NCBI GenBank assembly: GCA_051362555.1
Contig: CM120644.1
Coordinates: 19,986,534 to 20,050,533 of the forward strand
Source: Lingula anatina
Taxonomy: Eukaryota > Animalia > Brachiopoda
DNA length: 64,000 nt
Direction of reading: 5' to 3'
Positions within the stretch are counted from its first letter, which is position 1. Every line of letters begins with the position of its first letter. The notes beneath the pieces are model-generated. The model did not search any database. It saw nothing but the letters and a program-made list of their open reading frames with translations, and was not told the DNA's origin. The position numbers were made by a program, and so were the translations under genes. Positions 1-13,515 of this stretch are shown piece after piece.

Positions 1-2029
1 GAATTCTAGTATTTATTTTGGTGATGTTTAGTTTTGGAAAGAAAGAAAACATTCCAACCGTGTAAAATGCATTTTCGGAAGTCTTTGGAAGTTATTGTTA
101 TATTGTTATATTGTCAAGTCGTCAAGTTATATTGTCAAGTGCGCGCCATATTTGATCCACGGACTAGATAGACGGTGGTTCAACTGGTTGTGAACTCGGT
201 CTAATGCTTTAGAAAGCGTCTGGAAGTTGCAGTGAGTGTTCAGTTGTTCTTCGGAAGAAAAAAAGAGCGAGATGTGCATCCACCAAAAATCAATAATTCG
301 CTGTTATTTGAATAATTATGCTTCAGAAATTGCAGCATTATCAAATTGGCAGAATGTGTCATTAGTATTGCAGAACTGTCCACACGTATTGAAACGATCT
401 TTCTTAAGTTTGAATGTGCGATTGTGACGCATATAATGTAAACTTCGTGTTTCAATGAGGGGAGGGGTCAAAACTCGCCCTGGTTTTAGAAACGAAACCA
501 AGGAGTTGAAAATTTCCCGAAATTAATGTGCATTTTTTATTGCAGTAGTGGTAGGTTACAAAGGAAAATCGTTGTATTACAGAAGATGTTTTATTTCGGA
601 ATATTATCTTCATTAAAGGGCCCATATAGGACTGACATTCATCAGAAAATTTTACACACTGAATTTTCGACAAATTCTTGACAAAGTCAAATAAATCATT
701 TTAGCTGCCTTTTTTTTAAATGAGTACTCGATGAAGGTTTTAAGATTGCCAATTTCTGAATGTGATACAATTTTTAAAAAGCCAAATTTACATTTTTCGT
801 AAATTTACTTAAATTTTGGCTAGCAGTTTTTTAGCCAATTCTTTGAAAAACCATCGAATTATCGTACAAAATTACTTTTTAATTGTATTTTGCTTCTTTA
901 AACAAAAAATGAATGATTGTAATTCACTCAGTATAAAAATATTATACAAAAGTGTGTAGATCAACGCTCTGTTAAAGGTTGGCCTTGTGCCTTGTATTTT
1001 TTTAGTTGACTTTTTGGTCGCAATCAAAGAGTGATTGAAGAATAACTCCTTATCGGATGTCAGTCTTGCATGTCCTGTCGAGTTATAATGCCGAGTGTCA
1101 CTTGATCACTGAACACCGGAGACCAATCTTAAGTTTATTAGCATTGTCTTAGTAAATGTGCATTTGAATAATCTTTTTTCCGTTCTTCTTTGCACATTAT
1201 TCTTTAAAATAGCTATGGTTGAAATAAGCTTGTAAGTTGGTCATGTCATTATTACGTTTCTGATTTGCATGCTGTACAGATTTCAGTTTTCGCTCAAAGT
1301 TGTGCCATGAAATGCATATTTAAGCAATTCGTATGAAAAAAAAACACGTCTGTTTTGGGCATGACAATATTTATCGATGAACTAAACAACCAGGAATCTT
1401 ACTAAATTTTATTATTTTATCTACTTTTTTTTTTTTTTTTTTTTTTTTTTGTGAACATCAGCAAGACGACATAGTGCTTGCATGTGGGTGCATGCGTCGG
1501 GATAGGATGAGGTTATATGCATATTGAATTTTCTATACCGTTCACACCAGTGAATTTAGACAAACATTTTTTGGTAATGTTTTGTTTTTTTTATTTATTG
1601 ATTTTGTTAATCTTGTTGGTATTATGTCTATAATAATATTCCTGAACTCCTTTATAAATAAAAATGCTACGCCGGCCAAGTAGAAATTTTCAAAATGCAT
1701 AGAATCTTGACACGTTTTAGTTAGATAGAGAACCATTTTTGTTTGTGTGTAAAAGCTTAATTCACATTTCATAGTACGTTTTATGAAATTGACATTAAGA
1801 AGAAAAAAGGTATTCCAAGTTTTATACTATTTTGTGAAAACAATGCTGTTACTTTTTGTATTCATTTGTGCAATAATAAATGTGCAATATTGTTTTATGA
1901 ACAAAATAGAAGTTATTTTTCTTAACTACAGAACCACCGACTCTTCTTCCTATCCTGTGTTCGTAGCACTGTTTTGTAGAAGTCGAAATTCTTTATTTGG
2001 ATTTATTTTTGCAAAAGGTAATTTGCTGG

Positions 2030-2105
2030 GACCTAGTTGCGCCAGGAATCGAACCTACAACCTTCTGTCTGAGAGGCAAGCGCGTTACCTACTCCTCTAA
2101 CTGTT
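2030..2105 (-). mobile_element. Degenerate tRNA-derived SINE head fragment
   Basis: Minus strand reads gttagaggagtaggtaacgcgcttgcctctcagacagaaggttgtaGGTTCGATTCCtggc: a clear B-box and an A-box-like segment, but no complete cloverleaf. Confidence 0.4.
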
Positions 2106-3128
2106 CCCACCCACCCTCCTCGTGATAGACTTTCTTCTTATAGTAACCAAAGGAAATTTTTAAAAAGACTTTTGGAATTACTCGGTTTTATCCAAGTGCG
2201 CGAGCAGGAAACTGAACCCCAACCCGTGGGTACCAATGAACATGAAAATATTACAACTCGTTGCATACTTTTGGCATTTCTTTATTAAGACCAAAACAAA
2301 TTTCCATTCCATAAATGCATGTATATTTAACCATCTTAAAACATCAGTTTGTGGGACTACAATTGTGATTTTTTTAAGTTTTGAAGGTTTGAATATAATG
2401 ATATCAACAAAGTTATTGAGATCCTCATTAGAATTCACTAAAAATGTAACAAATTCAATCTATTTGATTTTACAAATAAAATTATCAACTAAACTACCCG
2501 TGTTTGACCTCATTAATATTAAAGAAAATAATTCAGAATAAAACTTTTTCCTTTAAAAAACAACGCAGGATCTGGTATCCACCCCACCTTTAACATCAGA
2601 AAAATCGAGAAGGAAACCCACTCTGGACTAACATTATCAAGTACACACAATGCTACAAATTACCTAGAATTTCACATTTTGACTAAATTTAAATGTTCCA
2701 GATCTGACGTTGATTTTTTTCTGTTTCTAACCATACGATATAATAAGAATTATTTCAATAACTAAATACCTAAAATCATGAAAAATTCTACAACTCTTGT
2801 GACAAATGTTTTGCAATGAACAGAACAAAAATTAATTTCACATAGCACATGTAGAGAGAAAACATTTTTGCACCTACTGATCGATCCAATAAAAAGTAAG
2901 TTTTTCAAAGTTGAGCAGATTTTGAAAAATGGTATCAATAATTCTTTCGTCTTTACACAGAATCCAGATTTCTTTAAGAGACATCATCTTTCAGTTACAT
3001 TTTACGAAAGTCATAATGTACATACTACGAACCTAGACATCAGAAAATTGGTTCATTAACAAGAACAAGCTTATGAAATTAAGTTTTCTAATCTCTTCTC
3101 TGAGCGTTTAAAGTAAAGCAAAGGCACA

Positions 3129-3129
<1 letters not shown>

Positions 3130-3170
<41 letters not shown>
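3130..3170. repeat. poly(C) homopolymer
   Basis: About 41 consecutive C. Confidence 0.9.
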
Positions 3171-3171
<1 letters not shown>

Positions 3172-5802
3172 TAGTGAGTGCTGGTCCCATATGTAGCTAA
3201 CATTTTATTTTCCTAGAAATTTCAACAATAAATCACCAAGGCATACAATAACCAGAACAGTTAACAGCGATTCAATCCATAAAGTCATTAAATTGAAAAA
3301 AAATAAAAATAAATTAGCAATAAGTCACCAAGGTATACGGTATCCAGAACAGTTCAAAGCAATAAGATCCTTAAATTCATTTAATTTTCTTAGAAATTTT
3401 AACAACAAATTATCAAAGTGCAAGGTATGCGGTATCGAAAACAGTTCATAGCATTGCGATTCATTAATTCGTTTACAGCTTCAGAAAAGTCCCTCTCGTA
3501 TTGAAAATAGACAAAGGCCAATTTTACTTATGGCGGCAACATTTTGAAATCTACAATTCAAAACGTGTTATTATCTATTGTAAACCGCACTGGGAAGTAA
3601 CAGAGTACGGCATATAACAACTCGACTTTTTAAAACTTTCATGCATCGTGCTTTTGTCCTCGGTGTTGGATAAGTGTGCTTTGGTGATAAAGGGAAATTG
3701 TTGAATTTCTCAGGATGTTATTTTCTAGGTAAAGGTGTAACACGCACTATATATGCTTTTGAATTGAAATTAAAACCCATGTTTTTGAAGACAGTGGTAT
3801 AATTTTATATGCTGAACTCAAAGTAATTAAGAACAAGAAATGAAAAATTGACATCAGCAAAAAATATTATTTAATGTAATATTCCCAATTTGTCATTAAT
3901 TTTTATTGGATAAAAGAACACATTTTTAAAAGTATAGCTCACAAGAAATTAGCAAAAACAATATTATTCAATGTAATATTACCAATATGTAAATAAATTT
4001 TAACTGGACAAATCAGAGAAGAATATTATCAGCTGTTTTATCTTATAAGAATGAACTTTCTTCAATCAACAGCTTATATTGAAATCAGAGAATGAGGCTA
4101 TCCAGGTGAGAAATGATGAATGTTCTATTAGACATCAAAATATTGGAGGTAAAGGTCAACTATTTCAATATTAAGCTGTTGATTGAAGAAAAATTACTTC
4201 ATTCTTTACTGGATAGAGGAATATATTTTCTTAATGATACTACAAACAAGTTTTATAACTACCTATTTTCCTACATATACTATCTCTCTCCTTCGCAAAA
4301 ATATTGAGAAAAATGACACACGCAAAATGTTTAATTTTACCCCTACGACTATATCTACTAACGCAGTCCAATTAACATGAAGTGCATATGAGATATGAAG
4401 AGCTGGCGAAAATGTGGAGGAAGCAAAATGGCGAAAATATTGGGATATTTCCGAAACTAGTTTTAAGCATTTAGGCATCAAAAATGAATCACAAATAAGT
4501 TATCATCAAATATCTAATATTAATATCTTAAAACGTTGTACTAAATCAGTTGAAACTGATATATACATGTATTCATATACTTAGTACATGTATCTGGACC
4601 GCCTCGCATCCACTCCCTGGTCACTCAGAACTGATGAAGACGTGACATCTCTTTTTGGAGTGTTGGTTACATATGATTCATGGGGGAGGAGGCAGGATAT
4701 TTTGGACACATTATTTACTCAATTATCATCATTATCTGATAGGTGAACCTTCATTTACAATTTATTGCTATAAAAATGCATAGGACGCATTTGTGTTTGA
4801 TATATTTCAAAAGACGCCATTGATAAAATTAATCTCATACCCTAACACCCCCACAATGAAACATTATTTACGTCACTGATTATGATCAAATACACGTTTT
4901 TATCTGAACAGAGTTTAGTATACGTGACCAACCTGACCGTACTATGGCGCCATCTTCTGGAATCAGCAGACTACAAATTAATAAACTTTTAAATTATGTG
5001 ATCATATCTGAATGTACGATGTTGTAGTCTTCATTTACCTTCACAATGACAAATAAACTTTCGCCGGAATATATGTCTGTGTGCGTGTGTGCATGCGTGC
5101 GTGCGTGGAACCTGGTCATGATAACAAAGGCATTTGTTAAATTATCCAAGACTTTAGCAGAATTTTAGCCAATGGCAGGAAAGAAGGGTTGTTTAGTTGG
5201 AGAAAAATACCACTTATCCCAGGAAAATCCGTGTAATAATTTAACACGGCAGCACAAACACCGTGAAAATATGCTATGCCTATATTTTGCCGAAGCATTT
5301 TATTCAAATTGATTTTTTTCACTTTGCATCATACAACCAGTTATCATAACGCCCGTCTGTACTGTCATGCACAAGTTATAACAGTTTTATTCTACCTCCC
5401 CAATATCCTCCTGTCATTTCATGCTGTCATTATTGACATATATCATACATCACATGATTCTTTCACATACAGCACTCGAATAACATATTTTATGAAATAA
5501 AAGAAATGAAATTCCATTTGTATCAAATATTTTTTTCTTCGGGAATTGATATTTCAAATTGTTACGCCTCCACCTGGCGTTTGGTAGAATACAGAAAAGG
5601 TGGTGATTATACGAGAAAGTTTGAAACAAGAGGAGGTGTGTTAATCTGTTAAACTGATTGCATTTAGCAGAGTTGGATTGATCTACATAGAACGAAATGG
5701 AATGAAACCTTAGATTCATTAAAATGTATCTTATTATTATTGTAGTGCTCTTAATATTTTATCTAGAACTTCAACCCACTGGGTTATCAATATCTTAATA
5801 AA

Positions 5803-6598
5803 TGTAACGGGGACGGTTGTTTGGCGTGTGCGCGAGGTTCGTAAGAATGAAACAACAGTATATGATAGGTTTCCCTATTAATACAGTTTATTTCTCAAAC
5901 CCGTTACATACATACAGGGACATCTAGCTTAGGCAAAGCACAGCGCTACGGTAAGACGGTGACCCAGTCGTTCCCTCGATCTTGACTCTGATTGACCTGG
6001 CCGTCCTCGGTCCTCAGTCTCCCTCTCGTGCTGTCATTGTTGCTGGTCACTCTGACATTAATTCCCTGCTCTGACGTCCCTGGGCGTTCGTCTCTTGTGT
6101 TGAAATCAGGACGCCCCTTTATACTGAATTTGAGGGTGAGGTGACTGTTTACCGTGCCTGATGGTGCCAGGATAATTCTCCTTATATAAACAGTTACTAG
6201 TTATACTGGCTACTTGGCCTTAAACTTCTACTCTATATTATGCACGTTGATAAAACAATACTTTCACCCGGAATTGATAATTAATAAACATAATACTGGG
6301 CGCTTACTATAATATATGTGCGGCCCTTCGAATGTATATTCTTATAAGGTTCATTGGTCACATTTGCATCTCCTGTTAAGGTAGCACCTTCCAACACCGA
6401 CTTTCAAGATAGATTAAGATTCCTCTGTACCTTTGAGAGATTAAAAGCTCTTGTAGAAAATCTGAGATACAGATAGAGATGACAGCGGTGTGACTAATAT
6501 ATTCACAGGAAGCCGGGTGTGGCATTGGCCTATATTACACAGAAGTTTTAATTACTAAATGTTACGTAAAGGCTCAATTTTCTACCAACTGTGTTACA
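5803..6598 (-). repeat. LTR, ~796 bp
   Basis: Minus strand begins TGTAACAC and ends CCCCGTTACA (TGTAAC..GTTACA inverted termini). TATA-like tataaagggg lies at ~6123-6114 and AATAAA at ~5892-5887, in the expected U3-R-U5 order. Confidence 0.7.
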
Positions 6599-6661
6599 TG
6601 TCCGTCGGGCCTTAGAAGATTTTGCTCCTGCAAAAGTAACTAGTAATAACTAAACCTAAGA

Positions 6662-6698
<37 letters not shown>

Positions 6699-6819
6699 AC
6701 ACACACACAACACCAGGTGATATCTTCAGACGTAATTTTTCTTTATTTGACCAAAAGGGGAATAGAAGGCATTTCTTTCTCTCTCTTTTTTTCTTTTTGT
6801 TATCTTAAAGTTCCGCCTA

Positions 6820-7560
6820 TGCTTCTTCCATGTCGGGGTCATCATCAGAAAGGTCCGCTGGGCGTTAGGCTCCGGCCTCTTAGGTCCCCCATTTGGTCTG
6901 GCCCATCTGCTTCTAGGAGTCATTCGCTAATCATTTCATCTTCAGACGGGACAAGGAGAGGGTCGTCTCGAGTTCCTCTGGGTATGCGTCTCATAGCTGC
7001 AGCAGGAAGTCTTGCCTGGGGTGGTGAAGGTGGGAAACGCAGGGCGGCGGCCAACACGTCCCTACACTGAAGGGCTACTTCCTCCGGGTCCCTGGAACCG
7101 AACCACGAAGGAACCAAAGAACGCGGGCGTACAATGACCACGTCCCGCATTAAAGAAGCCGCCCTCATAAGTTGCCGTTAAGGCGCACGGAGGGTAGAAT
7201 AACCACCCTCGCCTTCTGCCGAGTAGTTGGTGCAGCCATCGTCCCTAGTGCCCTGAACAGCAGATGAAGGAGATAGCCTACCTCCGAGGTCAGGTTGGGC
7301 GAGGTGACCATCCAACCATATAGAATCAGTAGTGTTGGAGCAATCGCTCTAATGGCTGGCAGCGCCTCTTCCAGAGTGGTGTTGCACACCGGTGTTGCCT
7401 GGTGCCCTTGAATGATGGTACCTCGAGGAACCCACGGGGAGTCCTTTATTTGGCGCAGGGAATCAAAAGGTCTAGTGACGTTGTCTGATGACATAACGAG
7501 AACATTCATGATGTTGTCTTGGTGGTGGTCCAAAGCAGAGTGGATGAAGTGGTCGTTGAA
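6820..7560 (-). pseudogene. Frameshifted accessory ORF of unknown function between env and the 3' LTR
   Basis: ORFs 7165-7533 (MNVLVMSSDNV...APTLLILYGW...ARVVILPS) and 6920-7168 (MRAASLMRDVVIVRP...) overlap at ATGA and look like one frameshifted ~230-aa frame with a Pro-rich and acidic tail. GC content is well above the flanks. Confidence 0.45.
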
Positions 7561-8417
7561 GGAGGCCGACTTTATAGAGGTGTTGGAATGAAGGGAACGA
7601 GGGGATGATTAGGTGCTGGGCAAAAAGGAAGTGGAATACGTCTGAAGATTTCACTGTATGATATTACGTGGCAACAGATAATGAAGATGTCTGTGAGCGA
7701 TAATAGAATAAGCAATTCTCGACTATACAGTATGATTTCTGAACAATTACATAGAACTGATATTCATGTACCTGCATCGATATGACCTGTGAAAGTATCA
7801 TGAATGTCAACTAGACAGACAGCTATTTGAAAAAAGGAAAATATACATATAAAGCAGTTAAAATACAAATAAGAATAAACGTGTAGTAACAAATTCAAAG
7901 TAAAGGTAAATGATTAACCTGTATCAAAAGCGATGGCTCTTTTACAGGGACTAAGACGATGCTATCAAAACACTGATAAGATATCGCACCGGACGTCGAG
8001 TGTAACATCGTACCTTTAAATAATTATAGAGAGCTGAATAAAATACGGTCACTAGGATAAAATGGATAGTAAACAATATTATTACCATAACCCTTACAAT
8101 TCTACCGCATAATGCTATCTAATAACGAAAATTATTATGAAAGTAGTATACAAATAAGTTCACCGCTAAAAATAATTGATATATTTTGAGTTATTATTAA
8201 GAAATGAATATGAAGCTGATTAAATATGTCTATCCCTAAAGATAAAATGTCAAAACATTTAAGCATAACAATGGAGTGAGTTTCATTCAAGATTTCTGTC
8301 CTGAAATTTTCAAATCAATGCATGAACAGTGTCGCAAGAGTTCAGCTTTTTGGAGGAAGTATAAAAAAAAACAAAAACTTCAACAGGCATGATATCGAGC
8401 TTGTAAAGCCAACTACA

Positions 8418-9543
8418 CTACTGAATAATTAAGAGTGCAAAGAATGGCTGAGCAAACATCTTTTTCAATGTATACGTTTGGCAGTATTTTGAGGAAATCG
8501 GATTGAAAAGAGTGATTGAATGATCAATTTCGTAATTAGAGAGACAGATACCGTTCCAATTTATGTGCAACATGAGATAAATACAACCATGGATCTCAAA
8601 ATTATCGAACAATGTGGGTGTGTGGGCTTTCCAGGCCGTTACACTACCCTGAAGGTGCATAACAGGCAAAACAACAGCATCATCTAATGTCGAAATCTGT
8701 AAGACCAGGACAGGTCTATGTCCATAGAATTTGCGAGAATGACAATTATAACGAAAAGCAGCAAAATAACAAGTGATTCGGTGATATAGGGCAATGCAAA
8801 AATCGGGGAATCAATTTTAAAAGTAGTTGGAAGTGAGGTGGTTTCAAAGGTTAGATGAAAACCTCGAACAGAGAAAATGTTCTGAAGGGAAGTTATGATA
8901 ACAGATAATCTAGCGAATTTACAAGATAAAAAGGCGGTTAAGAGAATGTTAAAAACTGATAGACCAATAGCGATATTAAGGGATAAGGGGTGTAAGGTCG
9001 TCAGATTGCTGACTGACGGGTAATGTGTCCGCTATTGAGTGGTAGACTGGTTGCTTCCGTTTTACCGCATATATGATGCGTTCGAAATTTAAATGGTCAG
9101 TCCGTTCGGAGGCGATGATAGAATCAATTTTATTGTGGAGAATCTTGATTTTCGGAATGGTTAAGGAAGGAGGCTTAGATAACAAGGTATCTCCCATGAG
9201 ATCGTTAATGCGCTCTTCCGCAAACAAGTGTTGTAGAGCAATGAGGTTAAAGGGGTATTTGACGGTCTCATCAAAGGAAAATTATGACAATTATATAAAC
9301 GTTCCGGAAAATAAGCCATCTTAGTATTGATTGTGCAGTGACAGGGTAGGTGCACGACACAATGATGACAATTGAAGATATGGGACGTCTTGGTATGGGA
9401 GCATTATGACGTCCACGTTGGTGAATAATATGGTGTCTTTGGTAATGAAGTGTGCGGAAGAGGAAAGGGCACTCTGTTGAAATGTAAAATACGCCCTAAT
9501 ATTTTTGGGCGTAAGTTCAGGAAAAGACTGCTAACACAGCTCT

Positions 9544-9587
<44 letters not shown>

Positions 9588-10260
9588 AACAGGAATCACA
9601 ATAGGATATTGTGGACAAGATTTGAGGAATGAGCCTCGACATAAAGACCAATCTGTATGCGTGAGGATGGAATAGTGAGTTTCATCATCGGAAATTGGCA
9701 AAAATGGATGGTAGTTTGATAAAAGTACCATGAAGACACTTGCGCTGGAGAGGGACCGGATATGTGGTGACTGAGTGTGCGGTGAGCGAATGAGGGTAAG
9801 TCGTTATGGGGAATTTTAGTCTAATGAAGAGTGACTGATTGTGAAAGGCAGTGACGAAATGTGGATGCTTATAGTAGAAATTTGTAGTGGTGTGATTCAA
9901 AGTTGAGCTTGGTCATTAAGTTTTGACTGAATAAAAATTATAGTTTCTTGTATAAGTTGTGAAGTTAAAATCAACGGACTCAATATACCCTGCGCTAACT
10001 GAATAATAGCTGTTTGATACTTGTCCATATGAGAATATAACTGAATTGCTGTTATTCATGCGATTGTAAATTGTACATAATTGCTGCCAAATTTTGTGAT
10101 ACTTCCGTCGCTATTATTCTCGTCTCATTATAAAGTGCTTCAGAGATATCCATCGCCTTGTCTACCCTATCATCTAAGAGCGACAATAGCGATTCATAAT
10201 TGGAATTACATGTAGTTGAAGACAGTTGAGTAATAAGCTTTTACTGATTTTCTGCAATTT
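8418..10260 (-). pseudogene. env: env-like (viral F-type fusion glycoprotein-like) ORF, disrupted
   Basis: Joined minus-strand fragments give heptad-like NYESLLSLLDDRVDKAMDISEAL, then AIIQLAQGILSPLIL, FYYKHPHFVT..SLFIRLKFPI, SLCRGSFLKSCP, CHHCVVHLPCHCTI..FPERLYNC, two hydrophobic stretches (IAIGLSVFNILLTAFL; SLVILLLFVIIVIL) and a further C-terminal domain. There are stops, frameshifts and an inserted poly(A/T) run at ~9545-9585. Confidence 0.65.
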
Positions 10261-10271
10261 GGGCTACGTGA

Positions 10272-10311
<40 letters not shown>

Positions 10312-12704
10312 CGTGTGCATCTCACTTTTATTTCTCCCCCCCCCCCCCCCCAAAAAAAAAAAAAGGTTAAAACATTAAAAAATCTATGGGAAGTCTGAAG
10401 TGGGGCTGGTAAATGTGTGTATAACTTTTTAGATAACAAATTCTCTCCACCCCCACCCTCTACAAAGTATAAGATACTGTAGTAATATGAATTAAACATT
10501 TCAACAAGCTAAACGAAACAAATCCAAGACGTTTTACAGTCATTATGTCCTAAATATCAGAATAAAATTGTCCTCTTCTACTCTTTTACATCCAATGTTT
10601 TATAACCGCGTCAACTATCAAACAGCTTTGTTTTAAGGTGACACGATGAGTGTCTTCTCTCTTTGTCGAGGTAGATTCTACTGTATTTTGAATAAGACTG
10701 GCGGTAGGTAGTGTCCCACGACAACCATGACTGAATTTTTACCGCGTTCGCTTTTTATTTGTGTTGCACCACGATTAACACGCTTATCTATTCCATATAT
10801 TAATGGCAGGTTAATTTTCACTAGACTGGACACAGGTAACTGCTAAATCTCTACCTGTAGTAAAAAAAATTAAGATATCAGTGACACATTTTATTTTTAG
10901 AAACGGAAAAAATGAGTACGCTTTTAGTTGAATAACCAAAATAAAGACAACTGGTAAATTATTGCATTTGGATTGCGTGGAAAATTAAAAATGCAATCTT
11001 CCTTGAATTTGATTTTTTTTATTTTTTTCAATTTCTTTATTATTCGAATAATCTTGTTAGCTAAATCTTATTGATGAATTGATAATTCAATATGGACATG
11101 AAAGTTATGGAAATTTTATAACAGTTAAATACCACATCCTTGCGTTAAACAAATTCTCTCTCTCGCTCAAAATCAGCAGAGCCACAGGCATAATGCAATA
11201 AAAGCATAGGAATATGAGTTATTTATATCTATAAAAAAATCAAATTTCCTATTCGCTGGAAAATATTAATAAAAGTGATCTTTACAGTACCTCTCAAGGG
11301 GAGGGAGGGGGCGTACACCGGGGCTCTCGTCAAGAAGCCCTTCTCAGCCTTCTAGCTGTTACAAAATTCTGCCGAAGGGCGGGTCGAGCAATGATTTATA
11401 ATGAAAGGAAAGTTGCTTTATTTCTTTCGGTAAATTACATTTGGTAGCTTCAAATATGTATTAATTTTATCAAATAATAAAATTTAAGATAGCTTAGGTG
11501 ATCATGATCACCGCTATTTGAAATCTCTGATGTGGACATCACTTCCGGACAGCCTTATATTACTACAGGCAATCTAATTTGCATATAAGAAAAAAAATGC
11601 ATTTTTTGTGATTTTGAGTCATTTACAGTTTTTATTACTTTTATAAATGACGATGTCCCTTTACCCTCACAAATTTTCAATCATTTGATCGACACGCCCT
11701 GTTTATTGATTTATTTATATAAATTATAAACCTTCATATCACAGGCGTGAATCACGTTATCATGTCCAAGTCATGACATTGTTAAACTAGCGCCAATAAC
11801 TGCAGTGGAGAATGTAGGTCAATTGCCTGTACAATTCTCCCATAGCTCCCATTGATTTTTTCTGGAGTGGAACATTTTAGGGAGAGTCGGACGGATGAGA
11901 GAAGTATCAGTTCAACAGCAAAATATAAAAAAGGCGTGGAGCTGCTATAATCAGAGGCTTTTACTATCTTTTAGACAAGTTGTAAAAATATCCCACTTTT
12001 CCAGTTTCACCTTGTAGCACATTCAGACAATATGATACATCTCCATGCCATCAGTGTCTCCCTAAAATTTTGTTGACCACGTTAACTGTTCAACTCCCGG
12101 CAGAAGATGAACCTGCCAACGATAGTTTTGATACACAGGTGTAGGAGACGCACCCTGAACTTCAGATCTTAAAATAGCAATTAACCCTTGCCGTTTCAAG
12201 TAACTGGTAACGCCAAGGGTATGCCATAGTGCAGATGTTTGTTTCAAGTTATCTCTTGAAGCTCAGGGTAAGCAGCCGGAATAGGGCGAGGCGGGAAGAG
12301 GGGCATTTAACCCTTTCACAACCAGGGACCGAATGCGTTCCCTCAGCCCTTACCAGTCAATTCATTTAAGAATCATTCATTATTATTATGCATTTTCAAA
12401 CCTTAATTAGGCGTAAGAGGGGGAAAGGGGGGGTCAATTCTCTCACAATCAACTACGTAATATTTATAATATTAATGTCCAAGTTCTACATGAAGACAGA
12501 GTGATCGCAGCACTATTTCCACCCAGGTCCGGCAACCCAAGGCCTTCACTTATTAGTGGTCAGCTGTTAACAAGTCAGGAAGACAGAACTAGGGACACTC
12601 AGGTAAATTGACCATTAGTGATGGGGTCATCAGTTGACCACAATACAGAGGTCACTGTCAATGGGTTAAATTTGCATTTTCCATAGATTTTGTATCAATA
12701 CTAA

Positions 12705-12960
12705 GGGACCATTCACATGAAAAATCTATTTTCTAAAAATCTATTTGCGGTATCTTGTGATCACGGTCTGTGCCCTGAATACCCCACGGCATAATTACGG
12801 GCAGCGCGAGCCAGTTTCTTCCAAAGCTGTAATTTTAATAAAAATTCTCGTCGCTGCCAGTAATTATGCAGCTGGTATTCAGGGCACAGACCGTGATCAC
12901 AAGATACTGCAAATAGATTTTTAGATTATTAGAAAATAGATTTTTCATGTGAACGCAGCC
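12705..12960. mobile_element. PIF/Harbinger-type MITE
   Basis: Imperfect ~100-bp TIRs (gggaccattcacatgaaaaatctatttt / aaaatagatttttcatgtgaacgcagcc) flanked by a TAA target duplication at 12702-12704 and 12961-12963. Confidence 0.8.
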
Positions 12961-13264
12961 TAAGAGAAAACAGCTGTAATATACATATACAGATAGCAGA
13001 TAAAAATCAGCAAGAAGACAGGAGTGGGTTAGCCTCTTTTTTTAACCACTAATTTTTCCATATTTTGACATTTCAATTCGTTACAGTAAAATGGTATGTG
13101 AATTTATTATTATTTATTAATTTATTCATAATTTATAATTATGAATATTATTATTATCATGCTAGAAATTCATTTGTTGACTACAGCTCAGTATTCCTTA
13201 TGGATAACTGATACAGAATGTTGCTAGTGTTAGGTGGACTGTAGTGTTCAGTTGGTAACTTAAA

Positions 13265-13515
13265 TTAAACCACGGCTAGCACGTAGAACAAAAGACTCGG
13301 CCGTGCTGTATTCGACATACAAGCACGTCATGTACGAGTGCGTTCCACGGTCTGTTGCACTACTAGTGTAGAAGCCAATCAGAGGCCGTGGTTTAAGCCA
13401 GATACAACACTCGTCGCCGAGCTGTACGTGAAAATTACTCGTGTATTGTCTCGCCTGCGGCTCGCCAATACACTCGTAATATTTCACGTACAGCTCGGCG
13501 ACTCGTATTGTATCT
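13265..13515. mobile_element. Double-hairpin non-autonomous repeat, possibly Crypton-like
   Basis: Inverted repeat ttaaaccacggc / gccgtggtttaa (13265-13396), followed by a ~50-bp-arm hairpin (13400-13515) around a tctcgcctgcggctcgc loop. No TSD was seen. Confidence 0.5.

Larger units (their letters stand above)
5803..10270 (-). mobile_element. 5'-truncated, degenerate env-bearing LTR retroelement (env-like ORF, accessory ORF, 3' LTR)
   Basis: Minus-strand order is env-like ORF (10260-8418), then a GC-richer accessory ORF (~7560-6820), then an LTR (6598-5803). No gag/pol or 5' LTR is seen; recognisable sequence stops at the poly(G) run near 10272. Confidence 0.65.

Noticed and set aside
4610-4645. 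Penelope-type hammerhead start (cactcagaactgatgaag)
   Set aside because: The sequence breaks off before the stem II and CGAAAC half; at most a tiny relic.
10206-10499. Poly-Pro/Gly ORF, and similar poly-Lys, poly-Phe and IY-repeat ORFs elsewhere
   Set aside because: Translations of homopolymer or microsatellite tracts, whose lengths may also be sequencing artefacts.
12307-12669. piggyBac-like MITE (TTAA-CCC..GGG-TTAA)
   Set aside because: The inverted match beyond the terminal few bases is too weak to support.
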